Source: an uncultured Candidatus Saccharibacteria bacterium (lineage in GTDB: Bacteria; Patescibacteriota; Minisyncoccia; Phycocordibacterales; Zambryskibacteraceae). From it: a stretch of DNA of 64,000 bases. A model generated the notes under the pieces. That model was not told the origin of the DNA. It ran no database searches and saw only the letters and a list, made by a program, of their open reading frames with translations. The stretch's first letter is position 1; every line of letters begins with the position of its first letter. The position numbers and the translations under genes are program-made. The stretch spans positions 11,452 to 75,451 of the forward strand of contig CAYHDI010000002.1 in assembly GCA_964355645.1 (NCBI GenBank). Reading direction: 5' to 3'. Positions 44,691 through 54,247 of the stretch are shown one piece after another.

Positions 44691-46871
44691 TTATTTCTTC
44701 TCGATTTTATGCGGATTGTGATTTAAACATTTCTTGTCGCTACATCTCTCTGGTATGGTCTTCGTGCCCTCCATCATCAAACTTCCACAGATTTTACAAA
44801 TGCTTCCAGTCGGCTTCGCCTTAATTGCATATTTGCAATCCGGATAATTTGAACAACTATAAAAAACCCCGAAACGACCCCGACGTTCAGTCATATGTCC
44901 AGTTTTGCAGGTAGGGCAGAGGATGCCGGTTGAATTGGCCTTCTCTTGTTCGGGATCTTTCTTCACAAATTTGCACTTTGGAAATCTTGAGCAGGCAGTG
45001 AACATACCGAATTTGCCCTCACGAGTGACGAGATTGCCCTTTCCGCACTTCGGACAAAGTTCACCCGTGTCCTTCGGACCTTCGAGAGCCTTGCCGTCTA
45101 TAGTCCGTGCGCCGTTGCATTCAGGAAATTTATCACACGAAAGGAATTTTCCACTCTTGCCGAGTTTAATAATCATTCCCGAACTGCAGACTGGGCATTT
45201 CTCTCCGTTCGGAGCGATGCCCATGTTCGTCACCTTGGCCACCTTTTCCTTCGCTTTCACATCTTTCAAAAATGGTTTATAAAAGTCTGAAAGAGTTTTC
45301 AAATAAGTTCTCTTGCCATTCGCAATCTCATCCAATTCATCTTCCATCTCGGCAGTGAACGAATCACTAATATAATTCGCGAAGTTTTCTTCGAGGAACG
45401 AACTCACAACTTCTCCTGTGTCTGTCGGATTTAAAGCTTTCTGAATTTTCTCCACATAGCCTCGGTCAACAATGGTTTTAATAATCGAAGCATAGGTTGA
45501 AGGACGACCGATGCCTCTCTTTTCTAATTCTTTAATCAAACCGGCTTCCGAGTAGCGAGCCGGCGGTTCAGTTTGCTTTTGTTCAGAACCAATATTCAAT
45601 AATTTCAAATCATCTCCAACCGTGAGTTGAGGGAGGATAACATCTTCACCTTGAGCATCAGGATCGGCCTTGGTCCAACCATCAAAAAGTATTCGTGAAC
45701 CGTTCAACCAAAAATCTGGAAACGCTGACTCATGAATCCGCGCTGTTATCTTTGTTCGCATCACTTGTGCGTCTTTCATCTGGCTAGAAACAGTCCTTTG
45801 CCAGATTAATCTATAAAGTTTTTTCTGTTCGTCATTCGCTCCGAGAATTTCATCATGCATGTGAGTTGGACGAATGGCTTCGTGCGCCTCCTGGGCATTC
45901 TTTGATTTTTTGGTGTAAACATGTTCCTCGTAATATTCGGAACCAAACTTGCTATTAATGATATTTTTAATATCAAGTTTGGCTTGCGCGCCGAGATTCG
46001 TCGAGTCTGTGCGCATGTAGGTGATGTGTCCAGCTTCATACAATCTCTGAGCCACTTGCATTGTGCGTGAAGGAGCGAAGCCGAGCCGACTCGAGGCGGT
46101 TTGTTGAAGAGTCGAAGTGATGAACGGTGCACGCGGGGTACGAGCGACTTTTGTTTCTTTAATATCTGTAATGGACCATGAACCTTTTTCTCCAGCTTCA
46201 ATAATTTTCTCGACTTCTTTCTTCTCCGTTGGTTCAACCGAACACACAAAATTTAAATCCTCCGGGGCTTGCCCTGCGGAGCCTTGGCGGAGCAGGGCGT
46301 TGATGGTCCAGAAAATCACAGGATTGAACGCTCGAATTTCGCGCTCACGCTCCATAATTATTCGAAGAGCGGGGGATTGGACTCGACCCGCAGAAAGGCC
46401 GTATCTTACTTTCTTCCAAATCAAACCCGACAAATCATAGCCCACGAGCCTATCTAGCACCCTGCGGGCTTCTTGGGCCTCCTTGAGGTCTATATCTATA
46501 GAACGGGGGTGCTTCAAGGCTTCCTCGACCGCTTCTTTGGTAATTTCATGAAAGACTATGCGTTCAGGATTTTTTAATCCAACTGATTCAGCGATATGCC
46601 ACGCTATGGCTTCGCCCTCACGGTCTGGGTCTGTAGCCAGGATGACTTCGTCAGCTTTCTTCGCGAGAATTTTAATATCTTTAATCACATGTTCCTTTCC
46701 ACTTGAAATTTCATAATGCGGAACGAAGCCGGCTTCAATATCAATCGCCACTTTGTTTGATTTAGGCAAATCGCGCACATGACCTACACTTGCGATGACG
46801 CGAAAATCCTTCCCGAGATATTTCTCGATGGTTTTTGCTTTCGATGGTGACTCTACGATGAGTAGCTTCAT
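44691..46871 (-). CDS. topA: DNA topoisomerase I with C-terminal zinc ribbons
   Basis: It has a TOPRIM N-terminus (MKLLIVESPSKAKTIEKYLG), the catalytic region ...GHITYMRTDS, and multiple CPxCG zinc-ribbon repeats. Confidence 0.9.
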   Translation of the reverse strand: MKLLIVESPSKAKTIEKYLGKDFRVIASVGHVRDLPKSNKVAIDIEAGFVPHYEISSGKEHVIKDIKILAKKADEVILATDPDREGEAIAWHIAESVGLKNPERIVFHEITKEAVEEALKHPRSIDIDLKEAQEARRVLDRLVGYDLSGLIWKKVRYGLSAGRVQSPALRIIMEREREIRAFNPVIFWTINALLRQGSAGQAPEDLNFVCSVEPTEKKEVEKIIEAGEKGSWSITDIKETKVARTPRAPFITSTLQQTASSRLGFAPSRTMQVAQRLYEAGHITYMRTDSTNLGAQAKLDIKNIINSKFGSEYYEEHVYTKKSKNAQEAHEAIRPTHMHDEILGANDEQKKLYRLIWQRTVSSQMKDAQVMRTKITARIHESAFPDFWLNGSRILFDGWTKADPDAQGEDVILPQLTVGDDLKLLNIGSEQKQTEPPARYSEAGLIKELEKRGIGRPSTYASIIKTIVDRGYVEKIQKALNPTDTGEVVSSFLEENFANYISDSFTAEMEDELDEIANGKRTYLKTLSDFYKPFLKDVKAKEKVAKVTNMGIAPNGEKCPVCSSGMIIKLGKSGKFLSCDKFPECNGARTIDGKALEGPKDTGELCPKCGKGNLVTREGKFGMFTACSRFPKCKFVKKDPEQEKANSTGILCPTCKTGHMTERRGRFGVFYSCSNYPDCKYAIKAKPTGSICKICGSLMMEGTKTIPERCSDKKCLNHNPHKIEKK

Positions 46872-46917
46872 TGCATAACAAATACTATAGAAAGATTTTT
46901 AATGCAAATTTTGAAAC

Positions 46918-47781
46918 CTAGAAAGTCTTTCTCACCTCGCCCAATTCTTCACAAATCAACCCCTTAATTTCAAGGAGTGAAAGGATGGCGTTCGCTTTTG
47001 AAGTATCAAATTTACTCTTGCGGATAAGTTCATCGCGTGAGGCGGGGGATTTCAAAATTTCAATAAAAACTTTTTCTTCATTGGTCAGGTCATTCATATC
47101 AAAAAGGGTTTTGTCTTCATCCCTTGATTTTAATCCGAGAAGTTCTAAAACATCTTTCGAATCTCGAATGAGTGCCGCACCGAGGCGAATAAGCATATGC
47201 GGACCATCGGATGATGGGGAATTAATCGGACCCGGCACACAACCAACTTCTCGATTGTATTCTGTGGCCAGGCGACTCGTGATTAAGGTGCCGGATTTCA
47301 TCGTGGCTTCTATCACAATAGTTGCGTGGCACATGCCGGCCATGATTCTGTTCCTTTTTGGAAAGCTCCACAACGTAGCCTTCATTTCATCCGGATATTC
47401 AGAAATTAATCCACCTCCGTTTTCAATAATTTCTCTGGCCAATTCCACATGAGCTCTTGGATGAATAGCCGAGTCTGAAATCCCCGAACCGGGTATGGCT
47501 ATTGTTTGTAATCCATTTTTCAAAGCAGCACGATGAGCAATAGAATCTATTCCAAGAGCAAGCCCAGAGATAATAGTGACAGGGTAGCCGGACAATCCAG
47601 CAATAATCGATTCACACATTTCTCTTCCATATCCGCTGTATTTGCGGGTACCAACGATGGCCAATAGTTTGTTACCCTCCTTCGGTAATTCACCTCGAAG
47701 ACGAAGCTTTTTCGGTGGGTCGTTTATTTCTTTGAGCAATTCAGGGAAATTTTCAAAGTTCAAATCGTGGATTTCATTCAT
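46918..47781 (-). CDS. dprA: DNA processing protein DprA (Smf)
   Basis: The Rossmann-like core reads LLAIVGTRKYSGYGREMCE...VTIISGLALGIDSIAHRAAL..GLQTIAIPGSGI. Confidence 0.8.
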   Translation of the reverse strand: MNEIHDLNFENFPELLKEINDPPKKLRLRGELPKEGNKLLAIVGTRKYSGYGREMCESIIAGLSGYPVTIISGLALGIDSIAHRAALKNGLQTIAIPGSGISDSAIHPRAHVELAREIIENGGGLISEYPDEMKATLWSFPKRNRIMAGMCHATIVIEATMKSGTLITSRLATEYNREVGCVPGPINSPSSDGPHMLIRLGAALIRDSKDVLELLGLKSRDEDKTLFDMNDLTNEEKVFIEILKSPASRDELIRKSKFDTSKANAILSLLEIKGLICEELGEVRKTF

Positions 47782-47886
47782 TTTTGTTTATGATATTATA
47801 ATGCAAGAATCAAAAACATTCTCCCGCTTTACCCACGTCTACGCGTGGGGCCTACACGGATAGAATTTTTTTGATTCTTCATTTCT

Positions 47887-49152
47887 ATGCTAGATATTAA
47901 ATTCATCAGAGAAAACAAGGACCTCATTGCTCTTGGGGCGAAGAAAAAACACATTGAATTTGATGTGGAAAAACTTCTTGAAGTGGATGATAGGCGCCGA
48001 GAACTCCAGAAAACTTTTGAAGACAAACGCTCTGAACAAAACACAGCGAGCGGAGAAATCGTGCGAGTGAGTGATTCAAAGAAAACAAACATCTTAGAGA
48101 AAATGAAATTTCTCAAACAGGAAATTTCTGATATAGAGGAGAAATTAAAAACAATCATGCCCGAGTGGCAAAGTCTGATGCTTCAAGTACCGAACGTACC
48201 GGATATTTCTGTGCCCGATGGAGACAGCGATATAGATAATATGGAAGTGAAAAAATGGGGCGAACTTCCAAAATTTAATTTTGAACCCAAGAGCCATATT
48301 GAAATTATGAACACTCTCGGAATGGTTGATTTTGAGCGAGGAACAAAAGTCGCTGGTTTTAGAGGATACTTCCTCAAAGCTGATGCAGTTTCCCTTTCCT
48401 TTGCTATTTGGAATTATGCGATGGACTTTTTCGGCAAAAGAAATTTTACTCCAATGATTGTTCCTTCTCTTGTTCGCAAAGCTCCGCTCATCGGGACAGG
48501 GATGCTTCCACAAAGCGAAGAAGATTTATACAAAACTCAAGATGGAGATTATCTGGCTGGTACAGCCGAAGTGGCCACGATGGGTTATCATCAAGATGAA
48601 ATTTTGGACAAGAAGGACTTACCCATCAAGTATCTTTCTTTCTCTCCGTGTTTTCGTAGAGAAGCGGGGAGTTATTCGAAGGACGTGAAAGGTCTCATTC
48701 GGGTACACGAATTTTTTAAGGTTGAACAGGTGGTGCTCTGCGAAGCGAGCCATGAGGAATCGGTGAAGTATCACGAAACAATCAACAGAAACACCGAAGA
48801 ATTTATAGAATCACTCAATATTCCATATCGGACTGTGGTGAATTGCGGAGCGGATCTCGGGTTAGGACAAGTGAAGAAACTAGACATAGAACTTTGGGTC
48901 CCTCTTGAGAATACTTATAGGGAAATTTCTTCAGCTTCGTATTTCCATGATTTTCAGACAAGACGATTGAACATTAGATACAAAGATGATGATGGAAAAA
49001 CCAAATATGTCCACTCGCTGAATTCCACAGCTATTCCGACGCCTCGTATTCTCGTTTCTCTCATCGAAAATTTTCAACAAGCTGATGGTTCAATTAAAAT
49101 CCCTGAAGTTCTCGTGCCTTATATGAATGGGAAGACGGAAATTAGAAAATAA
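47887..49152 (+). CDS. serS: seryl-tRNA synthetase
   Basis: It has an N-terminal coiled-coil arm and class II motifs (...FRREAGS...; ...GLGQ... ending NGKTEIRK). Confidence 0.9.
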   Translation: MLDIKFIRENKDLIALGAKKKHIEFDVEKLLEVDDRRRELQKTFEDKRSEQNTASGEIVRVSDSKKTNILEKMKFLKQEISDIEEKLKTIMPEWQSLMLQVPNVPDISVPDGDSDIDNMEVKKWGELPKFNFEPKSHIEIMNTLGMVDFERGTKVAGFRGYFLKADAVSLSFAIWNYAMDFFGKRNFTPMIVPSLVRKAPLIGTGMLPQSEEDLYKTQDGDYLAGTAEVATMGYHQDEILDKKDLPIKYLSFSPCFRREAGSYSKDVKGLIRVHEFFKVEQVVLCEASHEESVKYHETINRNTEEFIESLNIPYRTVVNCGADLGLGQVKKLDIELWVPLENTYREISSASYFHDFQTRRLNIRYKDDDGKTKYVHSLNSTAIPTPRILVSLIENFQQADGSIKIPEVLVPYMNGKTEIRK

Positions 49153-49164
49153 TATAAAATTGAG

Positions 49165-50016
49165 ATGAAAATTGTCTCAAGCGGAAAGGGGATACATTCC
49201 CTTGAATTTCACCAGAAGAAAAGGAGGGAAAGGAATATTCGCATTGCAGTGGTCGTTCTTTTCGTTATTGTTTTCATAGCTATCCCGACTTATCTTTTGA
49301 AGACCAAACGTTTTCTCATTTCCTCTGTGGAAGTTAAGGGCAATAGCGTGACCAGAACCGAAGAGATTGAACAAATTGTTTCAGGCAAAATCAGTGGGAA
49401 CTATCTTTGGCTTTTCCCCAAGTCGAATGATGTGCTTTATCCGAAAAGCACGATTAAAAATGTTCTTCTTCAAGATATTCCGCGTTTGAGTTCAGTGACT
49501 ATCTCTCTTTCGAATCCAAATTTGCTTTCTATTTCTGTAGTTGAACGACAACCCTTTGCTTTGTATTGCATAGATATTTCTCCACCAACTAGTGATTCAA
49601 ACAATTCGAACGGATGTTTTTTCCTTGATAAGACTGGATACGTTTTCTCCGAGGCACCCTCGTTCTCCGGCGGAGTGTACTTCGTCTATACGAGCGAACC
49701 CGTGTTTGATGCTCCACTCCGCCAATCTTTTTTAAATCCGGTCAGGTTTGGAGAACTCGCACCGTTTGTTTCAAGCCTAGGTAACATAGGGCTTTATCCA
49801 AAAATTTTTGTAGACAAAGGAAATGAATACAACCTTGAGCTTTCGAATGGTGGTAAGATTGTGATTCGGTCTGATTCTGATTTAGAGCGAATCGTTGGTG
49901 ATTTGGAAGCTTTTCTTAATAGTCCTAAAATTGAAGCCGAAAGAGATTTCATAAAAAGAATTGTTTCATTGGACTTGCGTTTCGGGAATCAAATTAGATG
50001 GACGTTGAAAGATTAA
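49165..50016 (+). CDS. ftsQ: FtsQ/DivIB-like cell-division protein (TM plus POTRA)
   Basis: It has an N-terminal TM helix and a POTRA-like segment ...LISSVEVKGNSVTRTEEIEQIV... Confidence 0.5.
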   Translation: MKIVSSGKGIHSLEFHQKKRRERNIRIAVVVLFVIVFIAIPTYLLKTKRFLISSVEVKGNSVTRTEEIEQIVSGKISGNYLWLFPKSNDVLYPKSTIKNVLLQDIPRLSSVTISLSNPNLLSISVVERQPFALYCIDISPPTSDSNNSNGCFFLDKTGYVFSEAPSFSGGVYFVYTSEPVFDAPLRQSFLNPVRFGELAPFVSSLGNIGLYPKIFVDKGNEYNLELSNGGKIVIRSDSDLERIVGDLEAFLNSPKIEAERDFIKRIVSLDLRFGNQIRWTLKD

Positions 50017-50037
50017 CTCCATACAAAATTTAAAACA

Positions 50038-51087
50038 ATGAATTTTTGGAAAAAGCTCAAGAAACCATTTTTCTGCCTTGCACCTATGTCGGACGTGACC
50101 GACGTGGCTTTTCGATTTATGTTGGCCAAATACAGCAAGAACAGAGAAAACAAAGACCAAGTTGTTTTTTGGACAGAGTTTGTGTCTGCTGATGGCCTGT
50201 CGAACAAGCTGGCCAAAAAGAAATTAGCTCATATGTTGAAATTTTCTGAACGCGAGAGACCGATTGTGGCTCAAGTTTTCGGCGCTAACCCAGAGAATAT
50301 GAAGAAAGCTTGCCAATATATCGCGAGCCTTGGCTTTGATGGAATAGACATAAACATGGGTTGCCCGGACAAATCGGTCGTTAGTCAAGGGGCCGGAGCG
50401 GGATTAATTAAAACTCCCGAGCTCGCGAGGAAAATTATACAGTCGGCTCATGCAGGGATAGAATCTGCCGGTTTGCATATTCCTGTGTCGGTCAAAACAC
50501 GAATTGGTTTCAACAAAGAAGAAATAGATCAGTGGATTGGGGAATTATTAAAGGAGGATATTTCGGCTCTGACGATTCACTTACGAACGGCCAAAGAATT
50601 ATCTCTCGTTCCGGCGAATTGGGATTATATGAAAAAAATCAAGGAACTAATTACTAAAAGTGGCAAGGAGGTCTTGCTCATCGGCAACGGAGATATTAAG
50701 GATATGAAGGATGCGAAAAGCAAAGCCCAAGAATACAGTTGCGATGGAGTGATGATAGGTCGTGGAGTTTTTGGTAAGCCGTGGTTCTTCGCGGATCTTC
50801 ATTCACCTCACCCCATCTGCTCGCCCAGCAGTCGCCCCTCTCCTTGTCAAGGAGAGGGGAAGGGGGTGAGGTGTATTGAGGAGCAACTCAATATTCTTGT
50901 TGAACATACACAACTTTTTGAGAAGGAACTTTCCATATCAAAACACAAGAGTTTCGCCGTGATGAAAAAGCATTTCAAGGCTTATGTGAACGGATTCAAC
51001 GGGGCAGGGAAACTGCGCACAAAGCTTATGGAGACAAACAACTCACAGGAGGTGGAGAAAATAGTGAAGGATTTCCTAATCAAATAA
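50038..51087 (+). CDS. dus: tRNA-dihydrouridine synthase with an in-frame 27-aa insertion encoded by a palindromic element
   Basis: The N-terminus reads FCLAPMSDVTDVAFRFM...VFGANPENM.., a Dus TIM barrel. The inserted peptide HSPHPICSPSSRPSPCQGEGKGVRCIE is encoded exactly by repeat copy D. Confidence 0.8.
   Translation: MNFWKKLKKPFFCLAPMSDVTDVAFRFMLAKYSKNRENKDQVVFWTEFVSADGLSNKLAKKKLAHMLKFSERERPIVAQVFGANPENMKKACQYIASLGFDGIDINMGCPDKSVVSQGAGAGLIKTPELARKIIQSAHAGIESAGLHIPVSVKTRIGFNKEEIDQWIGELLKEDISALTIHLRTAKELSLVPANWDYMKKIKELITKSGKEVLLIGNGDIKDMKDAKSKAQEYSCDGVMIGRGVFGKPWFFADLHSPHPICSPSSRPSPCQGEGKGVRCIEEQLNILVEHTQLFEKELSISKHKSFAVMKKHFKAYVNGFNGAGKLRTKLMETNNSQEVEKIVKDFLIK
50802..50876. repeat. GC-rich palindromic element, complete copy D, inside the dus ORF
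   Basis: The sequence is ttcacctcacccc-atctgctcgcccagcagtcg-cccctctccttgtcaaggagagggg-aa-gggggtgaggtgtat. Confidence 0.7.
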
Positions 51088-51182
51088 GGCCGTTAAAATT
51101 GGTTGACATTCATTGTCTTTTATGCTAGGAATAGGACAGACTAACCGCAGTTCCTCGTCTCGGCCCGGGAGGGCCTTCCATC

Positions 51183-52043
51183 ATGCGTTTGAACAAGTTG
51201 TTCCTCGTGTTGTCCGTTTTGACTGCATCAGCCTGTGGCGACAAGATTTATGTCACCGCTACCGCCACTGCCGTGGCGGGCGTGGATACCACGCATCACG
51301 CACCACCGATTGACACGACGAAGAAGGACACGACCACGTCCCCGTCTACCACAACCGTTGCGGTGACTCCGAAGACGCTCGATTTGTTCATCGGGCAGTT
51401 TGGACAACTCACGGCGACTGTCACGGTCTCAAGTGGGACGGCCCCGACGCCGACATGGTCAAAGACAAATTCCTGCATCAGCCTGTCTACGGCCATTGGC
51501 ACCATTACTTCGGTGTCAGCAAATGCTGTGTGCAACACATACGTTGTCGCTTCGGCGAACGGCATTCGTGACTCAGCTCTCGTCAACGTGACGAGCGGAG
51601 CATCGAGTTGCACATGGGCGAACATAGGCGGTTCAGCCGTATACAACGCCTACATTGTGGGTGTGCCCTTCAATGCCTTTGGTGGTTGCGTCTTCCATGG
51701 CGTGGCCCAGCAACCGTATTGGTATTCGAAGGATCCTTCACGGTTCACGGTGTTGGGTGCTCCGTTCGTCTGCATGATTTCGGGCGTCGGATACCCCTGT
51801 GGAACATCGGCGACAATCAAGCCGATTTTCGTGGGGACGGCTGATGTCTGTGTACAGGCAGCTGTCCAAGATCCGAACATGATCTTCTGTCGGACTCTGA
51901 CCTCTGTCGCAGGACTTTCTGCAAGTATGGTCCAAGGCGACATTGCTGAAGGTTACAGTATGGTTTTGCCGACCGCACCTCCGAAGGGAGCCAAGGTCGA
52001 CCGAATCATCCCCTGGGCAGAATGGGTGGCTACACATCGTTAG
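51183..52043 (+). CDS. secreted/lipoprotein-like protein with bacterial Ig-like (Big_2-like) domain; encoded in a roughly 58% GC block
   Basis: The signal peptide MRLNKLFLVLSVLTASAC is lipobox-like and followed by a Thr-rich linker. The strong GC deviation suggests foreign origin. Confidence 0.4.
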   Translation: MRLNKLFLVLSVLTASACGDKIYVTATATAVAGVDTTHHAPPIDTTKKDTTTSPSTTTVAVTPKTLDLFIGQFGQLTATVTVSSGTAPTPTWSKTNSCISLSTAIGTITSVSANAVCNTYVVASANGIRDSALVNVTSGASSCTWANIGGSAVYNAYIVGVPFNAFGGCVFHGVAQQPYWYSKDPSRFTVLGAPFVCMISGVGYPCGTSATIKPIFVGTADVCVQAAVQDPNMIFCRTLTSVAGLSASMVQGDIAEGYSMVLPTAPPKGAKVDRIIPWAEWVATHR

Positions 52044-52064
52044 TTTCTCCAAATCCTCTTCGGA

Positions 52065-52100
52065 GGTCCCTCGTCTACCAAGGCGAGGGCTTTTTCTTTA
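52065..52100 (+). terminator. rho-independent terminator
   Basis: The stem ccctcg...cgaggg is followed by ctttttctttatttt. Confidence 0.55.
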
Positions 52101-52131
52101 TTTTAGTAATGTTGAATTGGTTTGCTATAAT
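52101..52131 (+). promoter_or_regulatory. dnaX promoter: TTAGTA-17-(TGc)TATAAT, extended -10, with TATAAT-N6-ATG leaderless geometry
   Basis: TATAAT lies at 52126-52131 and the ATG at 52138. Confidence 0.45.
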
Positions 52132-52137
52132 ACCCAC

Positions 52138-53157
52138 ATGTCTCTCTACAGAAAATATCGCCCGAAGAATTTTAATGAAGTTATCGGCGAGGACCATATC
52201 ATCAAAGTTCTTTTGGGGGCGATTAAACTTGGAAATATTTCTCATGCTTATCTTTTCTCTGGCTCGAGAGGTACGGGCAAGACGAGTGTGGCAAGAATCT
52301 TCGCAGAAGAAATAGGCACGAGTGCAGATGATTTGTATGAAATGGATGCGGCTTCGACGAACAGCGTGGATGATATTCGAGCCATAAACGAAGCCGTTCA
52401 TACTCTGCCTTTCAAATCAAAATACAAAGTTTATATTGTTGATGAAGCGCATATGCTTTCTAAATCAGCTTGGAATGCTTTTTTGAAAACTCTCGAGGAA
52501 CCGCCGGCTCACGTGGTTTTCATCCTGGCTACCACCGAACTTGAGAAGGTCCCGGAGACAGTTGTCTCAAGGTGCCAGACTTTCGTTTTCAAACAACCGA
52601 ATCAATCAATCTTGAAGGAATTCGCTCAAAATATTGCGAAGAAGGAAGGAGCCACTCTTGAACCCGATGCGGCCGAACTTGTCGCACTTCTCGGAGATGG
52701 TTCATTTAGAGATGCACACGGAATCTTGGAAAAAATAATTTCTTCAAGCAAAAATAAAAAAATAAATCGTGCTGATGTAGAGGCAGTGACTGGGGCACCG
52801 AAAGCTGAATTGGTAAAAAATATTTTGGAATCAATTGTGAAGAAAGATTTAAAGAAGGGGATTGAGGCAATTCACAAGGCGTCGGAAGCAAACGCCGATA
52901 TGAAAATCTTTTCTAAAATGATTCTTGAGCGTTTGCGATTCGTCTTTCTTCTACGTTTGAAAGCCGGGATGGACAAATATATTGAAGAAAATGTTTCTGA
53001 GGATGATTTCAAATTTCTCAAAGAACTTGCCTCGACCGCTGGTCCAGATCTTACGTCCGAAACACTTGTTCGATTTATCACTGCGACCGAAGATGCCGGT
53101 CGAACAAGTCTCCCGGACCTTGCTCTCGAACTCGCGCTGGCTGATACAGTGAAATAA
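52138..53157 (+). CDS. dnaX: DNA polymerase III subunit gamma/tau (short, about 340 aa)
   Basis: MSLYRKYRPKNFNEVIGEDHI...HAYLFSGSRGTGKTSVARIFA...YIVDEAHMLS...SRCQTF. Confidence 0.8.
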   Translation: MSLYRKYRPKNFNEVIGEDHIIKVLLGAIKLGNISHAYLFSGSRGTGKTSVARIFAEEIGTSADDLYEMDAASTNSVDDIRAINEAVHTLPFKSKYKVYIVDEAHMLSKSAWNAFLKTLEEPPAHVVFILATTELEKVPETVVSRCQTFVFKQPNQSILKEFAQNIAKKEGATLEPDAAELVALLGDGSFRDAHGILEKIISSSKNKKINRADVEAVTGAPKAELVKNILESIVKKDLKKGIEAIHKASEANADMKIFSKMILERLRFVFLLRLKAGMDKYIEENVSEDDFKFLKELASTAGPDLTSETLVRFITATEDAGRTSLPDLALELALADTVK

Positions 53158-53194
53158 TGGTTACTGTTTTTCGTTATCCACCTACGTTTGATAT

Positions 53195-53230
53195 ATTACC
53201 TTGATTGTGTATAATGGAGATGTGCCTGTG
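53195..53230 (+). promoter_or_regulatory. promoter TTGATA-16-TATAAT
   Basis: The sequence is tttgatatattaccttgattgtgtataatgg. Confidence 0.4.
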
Positions 53231-53231
53231 G

Positions 53232-53315
53232 GCGTAAGCCCCGTTCAGCTAATAAACTAAGCTGAAGGCAGGCATTCGAAAACTCCCCGTTAATTCGGGG
53301 ATTTTTCGTTACTCA
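53232..53315 (+). ncRNA. candidate small RNA of about 80 nt (promoter, two internal hairpins, terminator)
   Basis: No ORF is present. Hairpins are gcctg...caggc and ttcagct-aataaacta-agctgaa. The terminator tccccg-ttaatt-cgggga followed by ttttt is also positioned to terminate the convergent reverse-strand gene. Confidence 0.3.
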
Positions 53316-53785
53316 TTAGAAATATTTTTGCTTGCTAAGTACAAATATGAGTCGCCGTCTTTTAATTTGATTGTTGGCATTACACTCCAAAATACAATAT
53401 TTCCATTACCAACTCTTCGAAGAATAATTTTAATACGAATTGGTCGTTCTCCTTTTGTAATGGCGATTATTCCCCAATATTCAATTTCCCGCATTTCTCT
53501 GGATCCATCGGAAAACCTTTTTTGACCAATTGGTTCTCGTGTATGCCTATATTCTTGTACGGTACCAGCATTTCTCAGAATTTGAGGGACCGCATTAAGA
53601 AGACTAAATTTTAACATTTGCTCTTGTTTTGAGCGTTCTCTTTCTGCAGAGAATTGAAGATGGTGAAAACCGTCTGAATTAAAAATTATATCGGTAGCAA
53701 AAAAGGGGCACCTAACCCTTTCAATAGTTTTATAGAAAGCCTCTGCCTTATCCTTTTCTTTTTTATGTCGAGATAGAATTCCCAC
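53309..53785 (-). CDS. hypothetical protein (158 aa)
   Basis: The ORF is complete; no recognisable motif was found. Confidence 0.3.
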   Translation of the reverse strand: MGILSRHKKEKDKAEAFYKTIERVRCPFFATDIIFNSDGFHHLQFSAERERSKQEQMLKFSLLNAVPQILRNAGTVQEYRHTREPIGQKRFSDGSREMREIEYWGIIAITKGERPIRIKIILRRVGNGNIVFWSVMPTIKLKDGDSYLYLASKNISNE

Positions 53786-53832
53786 AAGAAAATTCTACCA
53801 CAAAAAATGATTACGAAACAAAAAACAGTTTT

Positions 53833-54225
53833 CTAGAAAAGCCACACTGCGACGAACATTACGAGGAAGTTTATAAAGGAAACCACGCACCATGTACAGA
53901 AAGCTTTCAAGACGAAGCCTTGAACATACATAAAATACAGAGAAAAGAGAAAGCCAAAAGTCACGATGGCTTGAATCGGCCAAAATATAACCGAACCACC
54001 AACGTACATCCAAGTGAGAACGAGGATAATCGCATACATGGCGAATCCCGCATACGAATTAGGAATGCCGAAAGTTTTGCTCTGCGGGCTGTGTTGAACC
54101 TTCTCGCACCATTCTTTCGGAAAGAAAATACAGGCCACGTCTGTACCTCGAACTTTGTGATAAATCAAATAAAACGTATCAATCAAGCCAATAATTCCAA
54201 AAATATACAAAATATTTATTGTCAT
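53833..54225 (-). CDS. vitamin K epoxide reductase (VKOR)-family membrane protein
   Basis: It has four TM helices, CxxC motif CTWC, and a loop Cys pair (ACIFFPKEWC). Confidence 0.6.
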   Translation of the reverse strand: MTINILYIFGIIGLIDTFYLIYHKVRGTDVACIFFPKEWCEKVQHSPQSKTFGIPNSYAGFAMYAIILVLTWMYVGGSVIFWPIQAIVTFGFLFSLYFMYVQGFVLKAFCTWCVVSFINFLVMFVAVWLF

Positions 54226-54247
54226 ATATCAATTGTAGCACTAAATT

